DNA of 62,919 nucleotides, counting the filler, from Thraustochytrium aureum (lineage: Eukaryota): assembly GCA_012862495.1 (NCBI GenBank). It is 7 parts of 5 records of this genome, joined end to end, with 100 filler letters (N's around TTAATTAATTAA, not from the genome) between each part and the next. Parts side by side here need not be neighbours in the genome. Positions count along the whole stretch, not along the records: positions 7,827 to 29,854 come from BLSG01000115.1; 6 more parts are not named here. One strand, 5' to 3'. The notes under the pieces are model-generated. The model searched no databases. It saw only the letters and a program-made list of their open reading frames with translations, and was not told the origin of the DNA. Positions 11,101 to 22,100 of the stretch are shown here, one piece after another (within the stretch, counting starts at the first letter, position 1; the number at the start of each line of letters is the position of its first letter). A program made the position numbers and the translations under genes.

Positions 11101-11773
11101 GCTCCGCGAAATCGAGGCCTTGCTGTCGGCTCAACAAGGCGGCGGAACCGCAGAGGGCGCCACAAGCGCTCGGGAAAAGGTCCCATATGGCGCGCCGTCG
11201 GAGGCTGCGTTGCAGCCTGTTCCCGCCCCGCAGGCCGCGTCCCTTGGGGCGACGGGGCCGAAAGCGGTAGCCGAGTCGCAGCGCCCACGCAAGTTGCGGT
11301 TGCCCAAGTTCCGACTGATCGTTCTGATGGGTCTACCTGGAAGCGGCAAGTCAACCTTGGCCGACCAGCTGTGCGAGCGAACTGACTGCGTTCGGGTGTG
11401 TCAGGACGAGCTTGGGTCTCGCGATGCTTGCGAAGACCTCGTTGGACGAGCCATTAAAAAGCACGCAGTCGTTGTCGATCGCTGCAACGTGACGCGCGAG
11501 GAGCGCGAGCGGTGGCGCGCGCTCGCGATGGTCAACCCTAAAGACGCGGCCATCGTTCACGTCGACCTTGCGCCGGACGAGTGCGTGCGGCGAGCCGCGG
11601 CGAGGCCCGGCCACCCGACGATCAAGAGCAACGACGAAGCGTCCATTCGAAGGATTGTTGGCAGCTTTGCTAAACGCCAGCAAAACCCGAACGCAAAGCT
11701 AGAGGGCTTTGCGCGAGTGTTCACTGCAAAGAGCGTCGAAGACGTTGACAACATCTTGGCAGCACTCGTGTAA
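8129..11773 (+). CDS. Multidomain RNA end-healing/sealing protein: 2H phosphoesterase - TPR-like - RNA ligase - RNA ligase - HAD (NT5C-like) phosphatase - P-loop (polynucleotide) kinase
   Basis: 2H HxT motifs HHLTV (8267) and FHITV (~8489). Ligase 1: KFPRTxH, EKLDGAN (Lys at 9338), YGEW, AFDV, EGVV, CKAVR. Ligase 2: KYPSTPH, EKMDGGN (Lys at 10079), FGES, YLFA, EGFVVR, AKYVR. HAD: DLDGT (10688) and LIDD. Kinase: GLPGSGKST (11330), CQDELG, VVVDRCN. The ORF opens at 7883, but protein-like sequence starts at ATG 8129. One N gap, 8810-9087, lies in the TPR-like part. Confidence 0.9.
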   Translation: MELVCLKGCLAAKGRAVEECVDDGLIRALGLQEYMAARTARDGSPEHHLTVLTGHEAKACGLSMDDLINRANETCWPDEGFSQLGIGSATQDASAKAWFVVVVWPQAAALREQLGLPRKDFHITVALRGADVHGVDKGPASLVHGQPELAPAAAAAMLGKAAATRRSLDKLAILDGACARSSGQARAKALLARAACHGARGAMLQAFSDAQEAAALNETPRAMLILGXXXXXXXXXXXXXXXXXXXXXXXXXXXXXXXXXXXXXXXXXXXXXXXXXXXXXXXXXXXXXXXXXXXXXXXXXXXXXXXXXXXXXXXXXXXXXRTSAVAAYRRGLELCKGVQFIKVRDNLLQRLERTLQSVPAPQAKFPRTAHGVDLGAATRDDLHLADKDVAVFCSEELTVTVEEKLDGANLGIWLDESWRPVCKNRSHFVCEGTATQWSGLDSWLEQFATTLCRVLGQRYAIYGEWMFAKHSIHYTALPSVFVAFDVYDRIAERFLSVASRDRVLRGSGIPIAATVRVGAFEPATFKERLRELAEATPSRFYSGPVEGVVARADEPGGGQEGDPITFQIWRCKAVRGEFTQAIDEHWTRGSVVRNTVRADLFASSAADQQAKYPSTPHLPFSPCVQDDDVLLGSDGAASDLSCGRRVIVTEKMDGGNCCLKGGKVFGRTHAREASHWSFGAVKTLYAGWLAMHPQLQGLELFGESMAAIHSILYDALCSPFYLFAARDAQTGAWLAWDDVVALAERLRVPTVPLVFDGVFANLDQLKQLLQAEAAATSRASTELPGEGFVVRVAEGFAPDAFEMSIAKYVRANHVQTGANWKASCAKAPILFSYEEGLARMRPPVSARPLQVFVDLDGTLADFDLRVQEITGKRPEELAGAALWRSIEGSKDFFTTLQWMPGAEQMWQRLALLEPTILSGVPMSSTRWAEKQKLAWCAQHLGEHVPVILCATRDKHKHSGPGRVLIDDRARTGRSWEEQGGIFIHHKNPADTLREIEALLSAQQGGGTAEGATSAREKVPYGAPSEAALQPVPAPQAASLGATGPKAVAESQRPRKLRLPKFRLIVLMGLPGSGKSTLADQLCERTDCVRVCQDELGSRDACEDLVGRAIKKHAVVVDRCNVTREERERWRALAMVNPKDAAIVHVDLAPDECVRRAAARPGHPTIKSNDEASIRRIVGSFAKRQQNPNAKLEGFARVFTAKSVEDVDNILAALV

Positions 11774-11932
11774 GAACCAAAACTAAAACCAAAACCAACT
11801 GAAGAGTTGTAGTGCAGCGAGAAAACCCGAGTCCGGCGGCCCATGCGCCGCGTGGAAGAATATAAAGGCGCTGACACAGCCAGCGGCCCTCATGGGAGAA
11901 TCAGAGAAAAGAAAGGGCGGCCGAGGCCGTCT

Positions 11933-12325
11933 TTACACCTTTGCAGGCCTGTCCTCGGCAACGCCCCAAAACTGGGCCCGCCGCAGCCAAATCTGATAGG
12001 CTACCGTCGCAGCCCCGGCAACCATAAAGGCCAGCGGCGCGTACGACATCGCCATCATGATCGCGCTTCCCCCAGCAATATACGCCGTCGAGCCGACGGC
12101 CGCGACAAAGGCCACGGCCCACTTCGCCCCGACCTTCTCCCGGACACCCTGCACAGCGCCCGCGCAAGCCAAGCCCAAGCCCACCACCCAGCACACAGGG
12201 GCGATCAGCATGATAATATCCCCGCACGCGTCGCCGGGCTTGCTCCCGACGCAGAGCAACGCCGTGAGCCCGAAGGGTATCGGCATCATGCAACAAGCTG
12301 CGAAAACCCACGACTTGAGCTCCAT
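11933..12325 (-). CDS. Small multi-pass membrane protein, unknown function
   Basis: 130-aa ORF with 3-4 hydrophobic segments and a polar C-tail; convergent with the RNA-repair gene; may have an upstream exon. Confidence 0.5.
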   Translation of the reverse strand: MELKSWVFAACCMMPIPFGLTALLCVGSKPGDACGDIIMLIAPVCWVVGLGLACAGAVQGVREKVGAKWAVAFVAAVGSTAYIAGGSAIMMAMSYAPLAFMVAGAATVAYQIWLRRAQFWGVAEDRPAKV

Positions 12326-12853
12326 CTCGCACGCCGCACCACAGCCTCGACCTGCTTCTGCTGCTGCTTATCTCAATCAAAACAAAGCAACCAAGCATGC
12401 AGCAGCGCGCGTCGTCGGCCGTCCTCGTCTGCTCTGCATCTGCCATGCCGCATCCTGCCAAGCAAGCATTTCGCGTGCTGCTCAACAATCAATCAAAAAT
12501 CAATCTTCAAGAGTCTGCTTGCACATCGAACGAGGGTCAGCGACGGACGCAGCTAGCCCACCCCACGCCGCGTCGCGCTGGACCGCACAGGGCTCGTCGG
12601 CGATGGCCTTCCGACGTCTGCATGCGGCTTGGCTCGCGGTGAAAGTGGCCGAGGAGGCCTGCCCGAGGAGCTAGCTAGCAAGCTGCATGGCGTGGAAAGG
12701 GAAGGGCACAGTCGCGCATCTCCGGGTAGAGCAAGTGCTGCGCGCTTGCAGCGCCGCCAATCGCAAGCGTCCTCTACGTCCAGCGCTTGCCCAGAGCATG
12801 CGCAGGTCATGACGGCTCCGCGCGGTCTCCTGGCGGCCCTGGCTCGGCGGACG

Positions 12854-15535
12854 ATGGATTCCAATCAAAGCCGCTCCCAAAACCCCCGATTNNNNNNNNN
12901 NNNNNNNNNNNNNNNNNNNNNNNNNNNNNNNNNNNNNNNNNNNNNNNNNNNNNNNNNNNNNNNNNNNNNNNNNNNNNNNNNNNNNNNNNNNNNNNNNNNN
13001 NNNNNNNNNNNNNNNNNNNNNNNNNNNNNNNNNNNNNNNNNNNNNNNNNNNNNNNNNNNNNNNNNNNNNNNNNNNNNNNNNNNNNNNNNNNNNNNNNNNN
13101 NNNNNNNNNNNNNNNNNNNNNNNNNNNNNNNNNNNNNNNNNNNNNNNNNNNNNNNNNNNNNNNNNNNNNNNNNNNNNNNNNNNNNNNNNNNNNNNNNNNN
13201 NNNNNNNNNNNNNNNNNNNNNNNNNNNNNNNNNNNNNNNNNNNNNNNNNNNNNNNNNNNNNNNNNNNNNNNNNNNNNNNNNNNNNNNNNNNNNNNNNNNN
13301 NNNNNNNNNNNNNNNNNNNNNNNNNNNNNNNNNNNNNNNNNNNNNNNNNNNNNNNNNNNNNNNNNNNNNNNNNNNNNNNNNNNNNNNNNNNNNNNNNNNN
13401 NNNNNNNNNNNNNNNNNNNNNNNNNNNNNNNNNNNNNNNNNNNNNNNNNNNNNNNNNNNNNNNNNNNNNNNNNNNNNNNNNNNNNNNNNNNNNNNNNNNN
13501 NNNNNNNNNNNNNNNNNNNNNNNNNNNNNNNNNNNNNNNNNNNNNNNNNNNNNNNNNNNNNNNNNNNNNCAACGCCCTCTTGAGCTCCTCTTCCAGCAGC
13601 TCGACGTCATCGTCTTCCAGCAGCTCGTCGTCATCTTCTTCCAGCAGCTCGTCTTCGTCGTCTTCCAGCAGCTCTCTGCCGACAGCAAGTCCCAATGACT
13701 TGGCGGCCAGCGAGCCCCGGCTGCCTCGCTCAACAGAGGTGCAAAGCGAAATCAAACCTGAAAAGCAGGCGCTGCGGCGTGAAGCACCACTTTCATCGCC
13801 CAGTCCGCTCGAGCAAGTCACAGAACGGAGCTTGGACACAGACAACAGCTCGGAGGCGGACCAGGACGACGTCGCCGCGAAAGAGTTTGACACTGATAAC
13901 AGCTCGGAAGCCGCAGAAGACGACGACCTCGAACTCCACGGGAAGTCGCAGAGGCCCCGACGTGGCGGACGAGGCGAACTCTGCAAATCTGCCAACAGCT
14001 CGGAAGAAGACGAAGACGATGCACCACTAGCGGCAACGCAAGAGGCGACGAGGCTTGCCATGAACGACTCTGACTCGGACTCTGAGGAGGACGACGATGT
14101 CCTGGACGACCACCTCGCGATGCCGCAGGGACCTGGGAAGGGCCGGGGTAGCAGCCGATCCCACAGAAATCGACACAGACAACAGCTCCGAAGCCGACGA
14201 AGATGACGACCCGGCCGGCGACATCTTCAGTACAGACAACAGCTCTGAGGAGGGCGAGGACGACAATATTGACGGGGGCGAGCGGCGAAAGAGCTTCTCG
14301 CGGCCGCCAAAGGAGCTCTCTGTTAAGATTCCGCCCCTCCCGCGGCCAAAACGAGCCCCAATTCAGCGCACCCCCACCGTTGAAGAGCAGTATGATGTCC
14401 CGTCCAGGCCAAAGGAGCATAGCGGAGAGCCAGCCGGCGCAGCCGAGACCCTCGTCCCTCTAGTCGCTGTCGGGTTGAGAGAAAGTGCCAAAGCGGTCGC
14501 GGACGTCCAAGTCGAGGCCGACAACGACTACGATGATGCTGATGAGGACGACGACGAGGACATTGAGGAGGACGAAATCTATTCGCCAGTCGTATCCGAG
14601 CCTGACGATGCGGACGAGAAGGAGCGCATGCAAGCGTACAGTCCAACCGACCAGGACAAATGGAACAAGGCATACGGCGTCACGTTTGGCAAGCGCCGCC
14701 CAGATACGCGAAGCGTCCTGTACGCGACGCGGAAATGGCACGGGGAACTGAGCGGGAGGCGCGGCGTCACGCGCAACCAAGACTTGCAGGCCGCGGCCAC
14801 CGACCTCGCCGTGCAAAGCAGAGCTAACAACCGGGACAACCGCGGAGAAGAGGCGCCCGCGCCGCGGGGCTCGAAAAGGCACGCAGGCGCCAGACGGCGC
14901 GTTCCTCGACCGCATGGACGAGCTGACAGACCGCAAGCTGCGCGAGAAGGCGCTCGCACAGGCTCGGCTTGACTACGAAGCGACGCTGCGCAAAAAGTCG
15001 TGCCCAAGCTGCGGGCGAGAGCAGTCTTTCGACCAGGTGCAAAAGCGCCAAGCGTTCCTGCCTCGAATGTCGCGTTCGGTTCCGATACAAAGTTGTTTGG
15101 GACGCCGTCAAAGCCGACTTTATGACTCGAAACGAGCCCGTTCCGCAACCGCACCAAGCGCCGGCTCCAGGCCTGGAAGAAAGGCTGCCGCGGCGACCTC
15201 GCGTGTCCAGAGTAAACAAGGCCTTCCTGGACCGGATGGACGCGACGGCTGCCCGCCGCAAAGAAAGATTGATGGAGGCTGCGGCCCGGGCGGAGCAAGC
15301 CGCCCAGCCGCTGCGTCCGCAGAGGCAACCGTGGAATTGCGGGGAATCGCGCATGAACTACACGCTCTACAGGACGGGCCGCGCCAACGTGGTCCCGACC
15401 GAGGCCGAGGCCATGCTAAAGTCACTGCCCGTGGCGGACGGAGCGCCTTTGGGCAGCGCTGCGAGCTTCGACTCCTCGGACCGCGACTACTGGCGGGCGC
15501 GGCAAATTGTAAACCAGCGACTCTTCTGCGAGTAG
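12854..15535 (+). CDS. Acidic, low-complexity protein with poly-Ser, repeated (D)TDNSSE motifs and a C-terminal CxxC...CxxC zinc-ribbon-like region (gap and ~3 frameshifts)
   Basis: ORFs 12629..14206, 14097..14972, 14914.. and 14969..15535 hand off protein-like sequence at ~14140, ~14890 and ~15045. CPSC at 15001, CLEC at 15059, and AFLDRMD occurs twice. The start at 12854 is a guess. Confidence 0.55.
13591..13674 (+). repeat. 24-bp tandem repeat (TTCCAGCAGCTCGTCGTCATCGTC-like, ~3.5 units) encoding poly-Ser
   Basis: TTCCAGCAGCTC recurs every 24 nt. Confidence 0.85.
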
Positions 15536-16317
15536 AGGCGACCACGGGCGCCTTCCTGCCCCACGCGCGATCTGCGCCACGTAGGTACTATTACATAACA
15601 CAGGCCGCTCCCGCCGCTGCGCTTGCTCCACTCGTGCGGTTCAGCCCTGGCGCGGCTCAAAAACCGCAACGACCGTCTCCGCGTCCTTGCAGCAAATGCA
15701 ACAGCCNNNNNNNNNNNNNNNNNNNNNNNNNNNNNNNNNNNNNNNNNNNNNNNNNNNNNNNNNNNNNNNNNNNNNNNNNNNNNNNNNNNNNNNNNNNNNN
15801 NNNNNNNNNNNNNNNNNNNNNNNNNNNNNNNNNNNNNNNNNNNNNNNNNNNNNNNNNNNNNNNNNNNNNNNNNNNNNNNNNNNNNNNNNNNNNNNNNNNN
15901 NNNNNNNNNNNNNNNNNNNNNNNNNNNNNNNNNNNNNNNNNNNNNNNNNNNNNNNNNNNNNNNNNNNNNNNNNNNNNNNNNNNNNNNNNNNNNNNNNNNN
16001 NNNNNNNNNNNNNNNNNNNNNNNNNNNNNNNNNNNNNNNNNNNNNNNNNNNNNNNNNNNNNNNNNNNNNNNNNNNNNNNNNNNNNNNNNNNNNNNNNNNN
16101 NNNNNNNNNNNNNNNNNNNNNNNNNNNNNNNNNNNNNNNNNNNNNNNNNNNNNNNNNNNNNNNNNNNNNNNNNNNNNNNNNNNNNNNNNNNNNNNNNNNN
16201 NNNNNNNNNNNNNNNNNNNNNNNNNNNNNNNNNNNNNNNNNNNNNNNNNNNNNNNNNNNNNNNNNNNNNNNNNNNNNNNNNNNNNNNNNNNNNNNNNNNN
16301 NNNNNNNNNNNNNNNNC

Positions 16318-16695
16318 TTTGAAGAGTGCGCCTTTGTTTCCGAGGCCGAGATGGAGTGCAAGGCTTGCGCCGGGAAGCGGCATCCGTACAAGTTCGTCGT
16401 TGACGCGCCGAGTTTCTTGCGGCGGTGGCTGCTGACGGCGAATGGTGGAGCCGCAGACGACTGCGACGACAATGGAGAAGAGACCGTCGTGGATGACTCC
16501 GTGGCCTGGTTTGTGGCGGTTGCCACTCTCGCGCCCTGCTCCGAGCTCATGCGGTACAAGTTGTACGACATGTTTGCTTGCAATTCAGGGGAGAGCGACG
16601 GGAGCGAGAGCGACGGGGGCGATAGCAACGGGGCTGAGAGCGAAGTCGAGGCGGGGCGATTCGGAGCCCTCGGATGGGGTCGAAATGGAGGCTAG
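16318..16695 (+). CDS. 3' part of a hypothetical protein (5' end in gap)
   Basis: Open frame after the gap with a CxxC (CKAC), a globular-looking segment and an acidic tail ending at TAG 16693-16695. Confidence 0.4.
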   Translation, partial: FEECAFVSEAEMECKACAGKRHPYKFVVDAPSFLRRWLLTANGGAADDCDDNGEETVVDDSVAWFVAVATLAPCSELMRYKLYDMFACNSGESDGSESDGGDSNGAESEVEAGRFGALGWGRNGG

Positions 16696-17087
16696 CTGAC
16701 AGCGTACTTGCACCAGAGCCCGGTGTTGTAGTACGCCGGAACCGACGCTCAAGGAAAGCCAAGTCGGTCGGTCCTCCGTTCCACGCTGAAAATTTCAGGA
16801 AGGGTGCGCACAGCTCCCTGGGAGCAAACTTGACCAACTCGTTGTGGCTCTCTAGAGAGCTATTGACGTAGTTAGTGCGGGGTAGTGCCTCGCAGCGCAG
16901 CGCAGAGTTGGAATTTGATAGTAAACCATCTCTTGATCAAGAGCTAGCTCTAGTTGAGAATTTCAATCAAAACAAAAGAAGAAACCCCGGAAAAGGCTCG
17001 CGAGGCCGGGCGGCCGAAAGCCGGGCACCCCACTTTCGCTGCGCGTAGCGGCATGCTCTCCCCGCAAAGAAGGAAAAACCGCTGGCA

Positions 17088-18451
17088 CTACTCCTTGGTC
17101 GTTCGATGAGCGGCCTGGCACAGCTCGACAAACTCAAGCACGTGCTCTGCAAGAGCGCGCGGGTTCTCCAGAGCCGCAAAGTGCCCCCCACGCTCCGCCA
17201 CGCGCAGCGAGACGATGTCGGAATAGCGAGACCGCACAACAACCTGCGCCGGCGGAAACAGCTCGTACGGAAAGTCAGAGATGCCCACGCGGTGCGGAAA
17301 GGGCTTGACGATCAAAGCCTTGACATTGTTGACGGCCTTGGCAGACCAAAGGGTCTCTTTGTAGAGCATCGCAGCGCTAGTGTGCGCAGCTGGGACCCAG
17401 TAAAACATGAGATTGGTCAGAAGGTCGTCGAGGGAGACTCTCACGTGCGGGTCAGTCCACAGGTGGAACTTGTCGAGGATCCAGGCCGCGGAGGCCACAG
17501 GACTATCGTTCAGGGCGATGCCGATCGAGACCGGCCGAGTCATTTGCTGCAGCATGTAGGGGATTTGGCCGACCAGCTTCCCGGGGAGGCCCAGGATTGG
17601 TAGCACTTTGGCTCGCTCGCGCGGGTCGCTCTCCAGAAAATAAGAGTACGGCACTGCCCACCACGGGATGGCCGCCAGCGGCATGTTGACGTGTGTGCCG
17701 AGGACCTGGCCAGGCGGCGCTATCTCGGCCAGGCAGTGCGCCGTGAAAGAGCCCCAGTCGCCGCCTTGGACAAAGTAACTCGAATGCCCGAGCGCGCGCG
17801 TCATTAGTTTGGACACGATCACAGCAATCGCGCACGCGTCGAGCCCCGGCTTCTCGGCAGCCTGGCTCCACCCGTATCCGGGCAAAGACGGCGCGACGAT
17901 CTCGAGATTGAGCGCGGTCCTCTTGATCAGCTCGGGAATCAAGCCGTTAAACTCCCAAAGAGACCCAGGCCAGCCGTGCAAGAGCACCAGAGGGACCGCT
18001 GGCTTGTCAGGGTCCGGTGCTGGTATGTGCCAAAAGTGGATGCCGAGCCCATCGATTGTGGCGCGCTTCGGGTTGAACTCGGCGTTGATTCGCGCTTCTG
18101 CTGCGCGCCAGTCGTACGCCGTGGCCCGTGCTCCATCGCCGCCTCGAGCCAATCCGGCGAGATGCCGCGGTCCCAGTGCTCCTCGCCGGCCAGAGCAGCG
18201 AGACCCGAGATTGGCCGTCGCATGCCGAGTCGCAGCTTGAGGTCCTCCAGAACCTTTTGGTCAACGTGGAGAGGGTCGAGGGCCACGCTGGGCGCAATCG
18301 AGTTGTTGCACGCGGCCTTGTCCAGGTTCCAGCAGGCGTCCCAATCGACCTGCAGCTTGGTCTCCATCAGCACATGATTCAGGTACACTTGCGCGAGCCC
18401 AACGACAACAGCCAAAGCGGCCGCGACCTTGGCGGCAGTAAGCAGCTTCAT
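17088..18451 (-). CDS. Microsomal-type epoxide hydrolase (EPHX1/JHEH family, alpha/beta hydrolase) with N-terminal membrane anchor; 1-nt frameshift near 18127
   Basis: MKLLTAAKVAAALAVVVGLAQ anchor; EH N-terminal domain (LEDLKLRL...YDWRAAEARIN); HGWPGS oxyanion motif; SLPGYGWS; QGGDWG nucleophile; FPYE acid; GGHFAALE catalytic His. Confidence 0.92.
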
Positions 18452-19165
18452 CCGTCCAATGCCCTCCGGCGCGCAGGCCACCAGCCCCACAAACAAACCA
18501 CCCTTGGCCNNNNNNNNNNNNNNNNNNNNNNNNNNNNNNNNNNNNNNNNNNNNNNNNNNNNNNNNNNNNNNNNNNNNNNNNNNNNNNNNNNNNNNNNNNN
18601 NNNNNNNNNNNNNNNNNGACAACCCTCTCCTGGAGAGCTTGAGCGCCAAGCACGAGTGCCGCTCCGTCCAAGCGCAGCAAGGGCCTCGCCGCCGCCGCCG
18701 GGCAGCCAACAGCGCGAGTGAAGACGGCTTCCAGGGCGCCAAGCGCAGCCGGCTTCGGCGGCGGGGAAGAGGTCCTGAGCTGGACGAGGACGACAGAGTG
18801 GGGACAGAGACGAGCGGACATTCCGGCATCGAAAGGGCGAACTTGAACGTCGACATCGTTACTCCCGTACTCGCCTCCCGACCTCCCGGCAGTGGCCAGG
18901 CCGAGTCCAGTTCGCGGTCACGGTGATGTTGCATGCGTCGCGATTGCAAGATAAACAGAGCACGAGTAGACCACGAGTGGCGCTGTCTCTGCTGCTGCTG
19001 TCGCTGCATGTCTGCGGCTTCGATGCGTCAGCAGACCGGACGAGGACAATCATGATCCTGGAGATGAGTCGTGCGCGAATGTGGCGGACGAGGACAAGGG
19101 CTTGGCGAGGACGGCGCGGAGGGACACTGTGGCACATTCTTTGTTGCGGTTACTGCAGCTGCGGA

Positions 19166-22100
19166 TCAGCCGCGGCGCACGAGGTGCGCAAAATCGTTGA
19201 GCTGCGTTGCGACAGAATGCAGGGCCTCCTGGATGAGGAGCTTAAACTTGTCGGCAGCCTCGTCCTCGGTGGCCTCGAGCATTAGCTTGTCGCGCAGCCA
19301 GTCGAGGTCGTGCTCGGTCTTGAGCTCAGGGAGGCCGCACGAAAGCATGAGCGAGAAGAGCGTGATGAGCAGGTTGGCGTTCTTGCGAAGCAGATTGTAC
19401 GCGCGGCAGCACAGCGCGACGAACTGCTGAAAGAGCGGCTTGTCAGGGGTGCCGAGCACCTTGGCCATGGCCGGGGAGAAGACGAAAGGGGCCCGCTCGC
19501 GCTTGACGCCAAGCTTGGACTTGAAGTTGCCGAGGAAGTGGCCAAAGTCGATGTGGAAGAGCTTGCCGTCGCGCGTGAGCATGATGTTGTCGTTGTGACG
19601 GTCGCCCACACCAAGGACGTAGGTGACGACGACGTAGCCAGCGACGGAGAAGGCAAAGTTCTGCTCCGTGACCTGGCGCGGAAACCCGCCCGAGCGCAGG
19701 AACTTTTTCAGCTTCTTGTCGTCAAACACGTTGACCGCCTTGGCGAGCGCGTTCTTGCCCTTGCCGGCCGTGATGGTCCCGATCGTCTCCGCATTGGGGA
19801 CCACCTCGATCATACCGGTCTGGTCCCCAGTGGAGGCGCACCCATACGCCTGCAAGCGCATATCGAGCCCTTCCTTGCGCCAGAGCTTGTCGATGACGCG
19901 CAAGACCATGAGCGTGAGCTGGTCCTGGCGCAGGTCATCGCCAGTCTTGTAGAGCAGGCAGTACGTTGGGTCGCCGCGCCGGGCCGGAGCGAACTCGAGG
20001 CGCAGCGGGGCCTTTTTCGAGTTCATGACGCGGGCCGTGTCGATGACGATGCCCTTGAAGGACTTCTCCGGGCGGATCGGCAGCTGGAAGCTCTCAGGAA
20101 GCACGAGGTGGTGCAGCTGTTCCTTGAGCATTGCGGTGCGCTCCTTGGTCTTGACCTGGACCAGGTTGCGCGAGATGGCCTCGAGCTTGTTGAAGATGTA
20201 CATTTGGTGGCCAAGTGCGGCGCGCGTCCCGCGGCAGTGCCGCAGGTAGCTATCGAGCAGCGCGCCGTACCGGTCCTTGGCGGTCGGGATGTGCATTTCC
20301 GCCTTGAGGTACCAGAAAAACCGCACGCCGACAGTCTGCGGGCTGGTCAGCGCGCGACGGAGCAAAAACCGGGACAGCGCAGAGTCCACGAAGCGCTCAA
20401 ACTTTATCACCTGTGTGAGCTGCAGCATGTAGAGCTCGAGCTCCTCGTCGGAGAGGGACTCAAGGGAGGAGACGGCCAGGGCGCGGACCTTGGGGTCCGG
20501 GAAGTGGTAGTCGAGCAGCTGCAGCGCAGTGACCGTGTCGGGCGTCGCCCAGCGGTTGAGGCACTTGTAGGCTAGTTGGATAGAGGAGCGCTTGCTCCAC
20601 GGGATGCTGCGCAAAAACTTTGGCAGCGCCGCAGGGTCCGACATGAGCTCGTGGCGCGTCTGCACGATGAGGCGGCGCTGGTCGTTGTTGAGCGCCTTGA
20701 GCGGGTCTTGGTGGATGAACTTTTCGAGCTCGGAGCTCATCATCTTGTAGATGTGGCTCTTGGCCGGAATCTTGTCCACCTCCTCGCGCATCCGGTCCGT
20801 GAGGAAGTCGGTGTACAGCACGGGCTTGGGGAAGGCGCGAAAGTCCAGCTCGAGAAAGTCCACCTGCTTTGTAGTGGTGTTGTTGAGCAGCGTCGTCACG
20901 GCGGCGAGCTCGGGGAGGCACTCGCCGCGAAACAGCTTGAGTCGCAGGTGGCCGGTGCGCAGCACCTGGTCAAAGTCGAAAAGGTAGCAGCCAGCCCAAC
21001 CAATCGGGCTCACATCTGGTCCTCCAGGCTGCGCTCGGCGTCGCCCCCGCCAACCGCCGCCCCGCCGAGGACGAGGANNNNNNNNNNNNNNNNNNNNNNN
21101 NNNNNNNNNNNNNNNNNNNNNNNNNNNNNNNNNNNNNNNNNNNNNNNNNNNNNNNNNNNNNNNNNNNNNNNNNNNNNNNNNNNNNNNNNNNNNNNNNNNN
21201 NNNNNNNNNNNNNNNNNNNNNNNNNNNNNNNNNNNNNNNNNNNNNNNNNNNNNNNNNNNNNNNNNNNNNNNNNNNNNNNNNNNNNNNNGCTGTCGTCGGC
21301 TGTCCCGGGGGACGCGGCGGTCGCGCCGCGCTGGTCTTTGCCAAAGTAGACGTTGAAGATGACGCGAGCTGCGCGCGGCAGGTTGCGCAGCTCGATCCCG
21401 AGCTTGATATCTTGGTCAAAGTTTGTGATCATGTACGGCGTGAGCCTTTCTGCTGTGGCCGAGACCCAGCGCGTCTCGGCCAGCGTCTCGCCAGCGTAGT
21501 AGACGCTCGCGGAGATGATGATCGTGCTGGAGGCGATGTGGCCCGGCAGCGAGGTGCCCAGAAAGCGCTTGACGATGAGCGAGAGGTTGTCGTTCATCTT
21601 CCAGATCGGCATGTACTGCTGGAGCGAGTGGTCGTTCTCGATCTCGAGCTTTTGGTGCGCCAACGTGAGGCTCATCTGCTCGGAGACGCTCGCGATGACG
21701 TGCTCGTCTTCTTCCGAGAAGGGGGCGCCTCCCCGCTTGTTGATGAGCTGGATCACCGCGATGACTGTGCCGTCTTCGGTGCACACCGGGCAGCAGAGGA
21801 CGCTGCGCGTGGTGAACCCCTCCTCTTGGTCTACTTGGCCGTAAAAGTGCTCGCTCTTGCTGGCGTGCTTGATGTTGACAATTTTGTTGATTGCCGCGCA
21901 GTGGCCAGCAATGCCTTTGCCTATCGGCAGCGTCACGGTTCGCCTGTCGTCGCCGTCGTCGCCGTCGCCCCCAGACCTCGCCGCGCGTGTGGGCTTGCCC
22001 CGCCGCACGCCGGGCAGCGGGCCGTTTCCCTGCTCCTCTTCGCTGCTGGTGCTGTCATGCACGCTCTTCTCTTTGCCGATCTGCAGAACGAGTTTTTGCA

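Noticed and set aside
13570..13680. Minus-strand reading ELLEDDEDELLEEDDDELLEDDDVELLEEELKRAL that looks like a real acidic protein
   Set aside because: It is the antisense of the 24-bp poly-Ser repeat. The adjoining plus-strand frame carries the conserved DTDNSSE repeats, whereas the minus frame upstream is antisense-like.
18618..18926. Open frames on both strands between the epoxide hydrolase and PI3K genes
   Set aside because: Low-complexity, begins at a gap, strand ambiguous, no motif.
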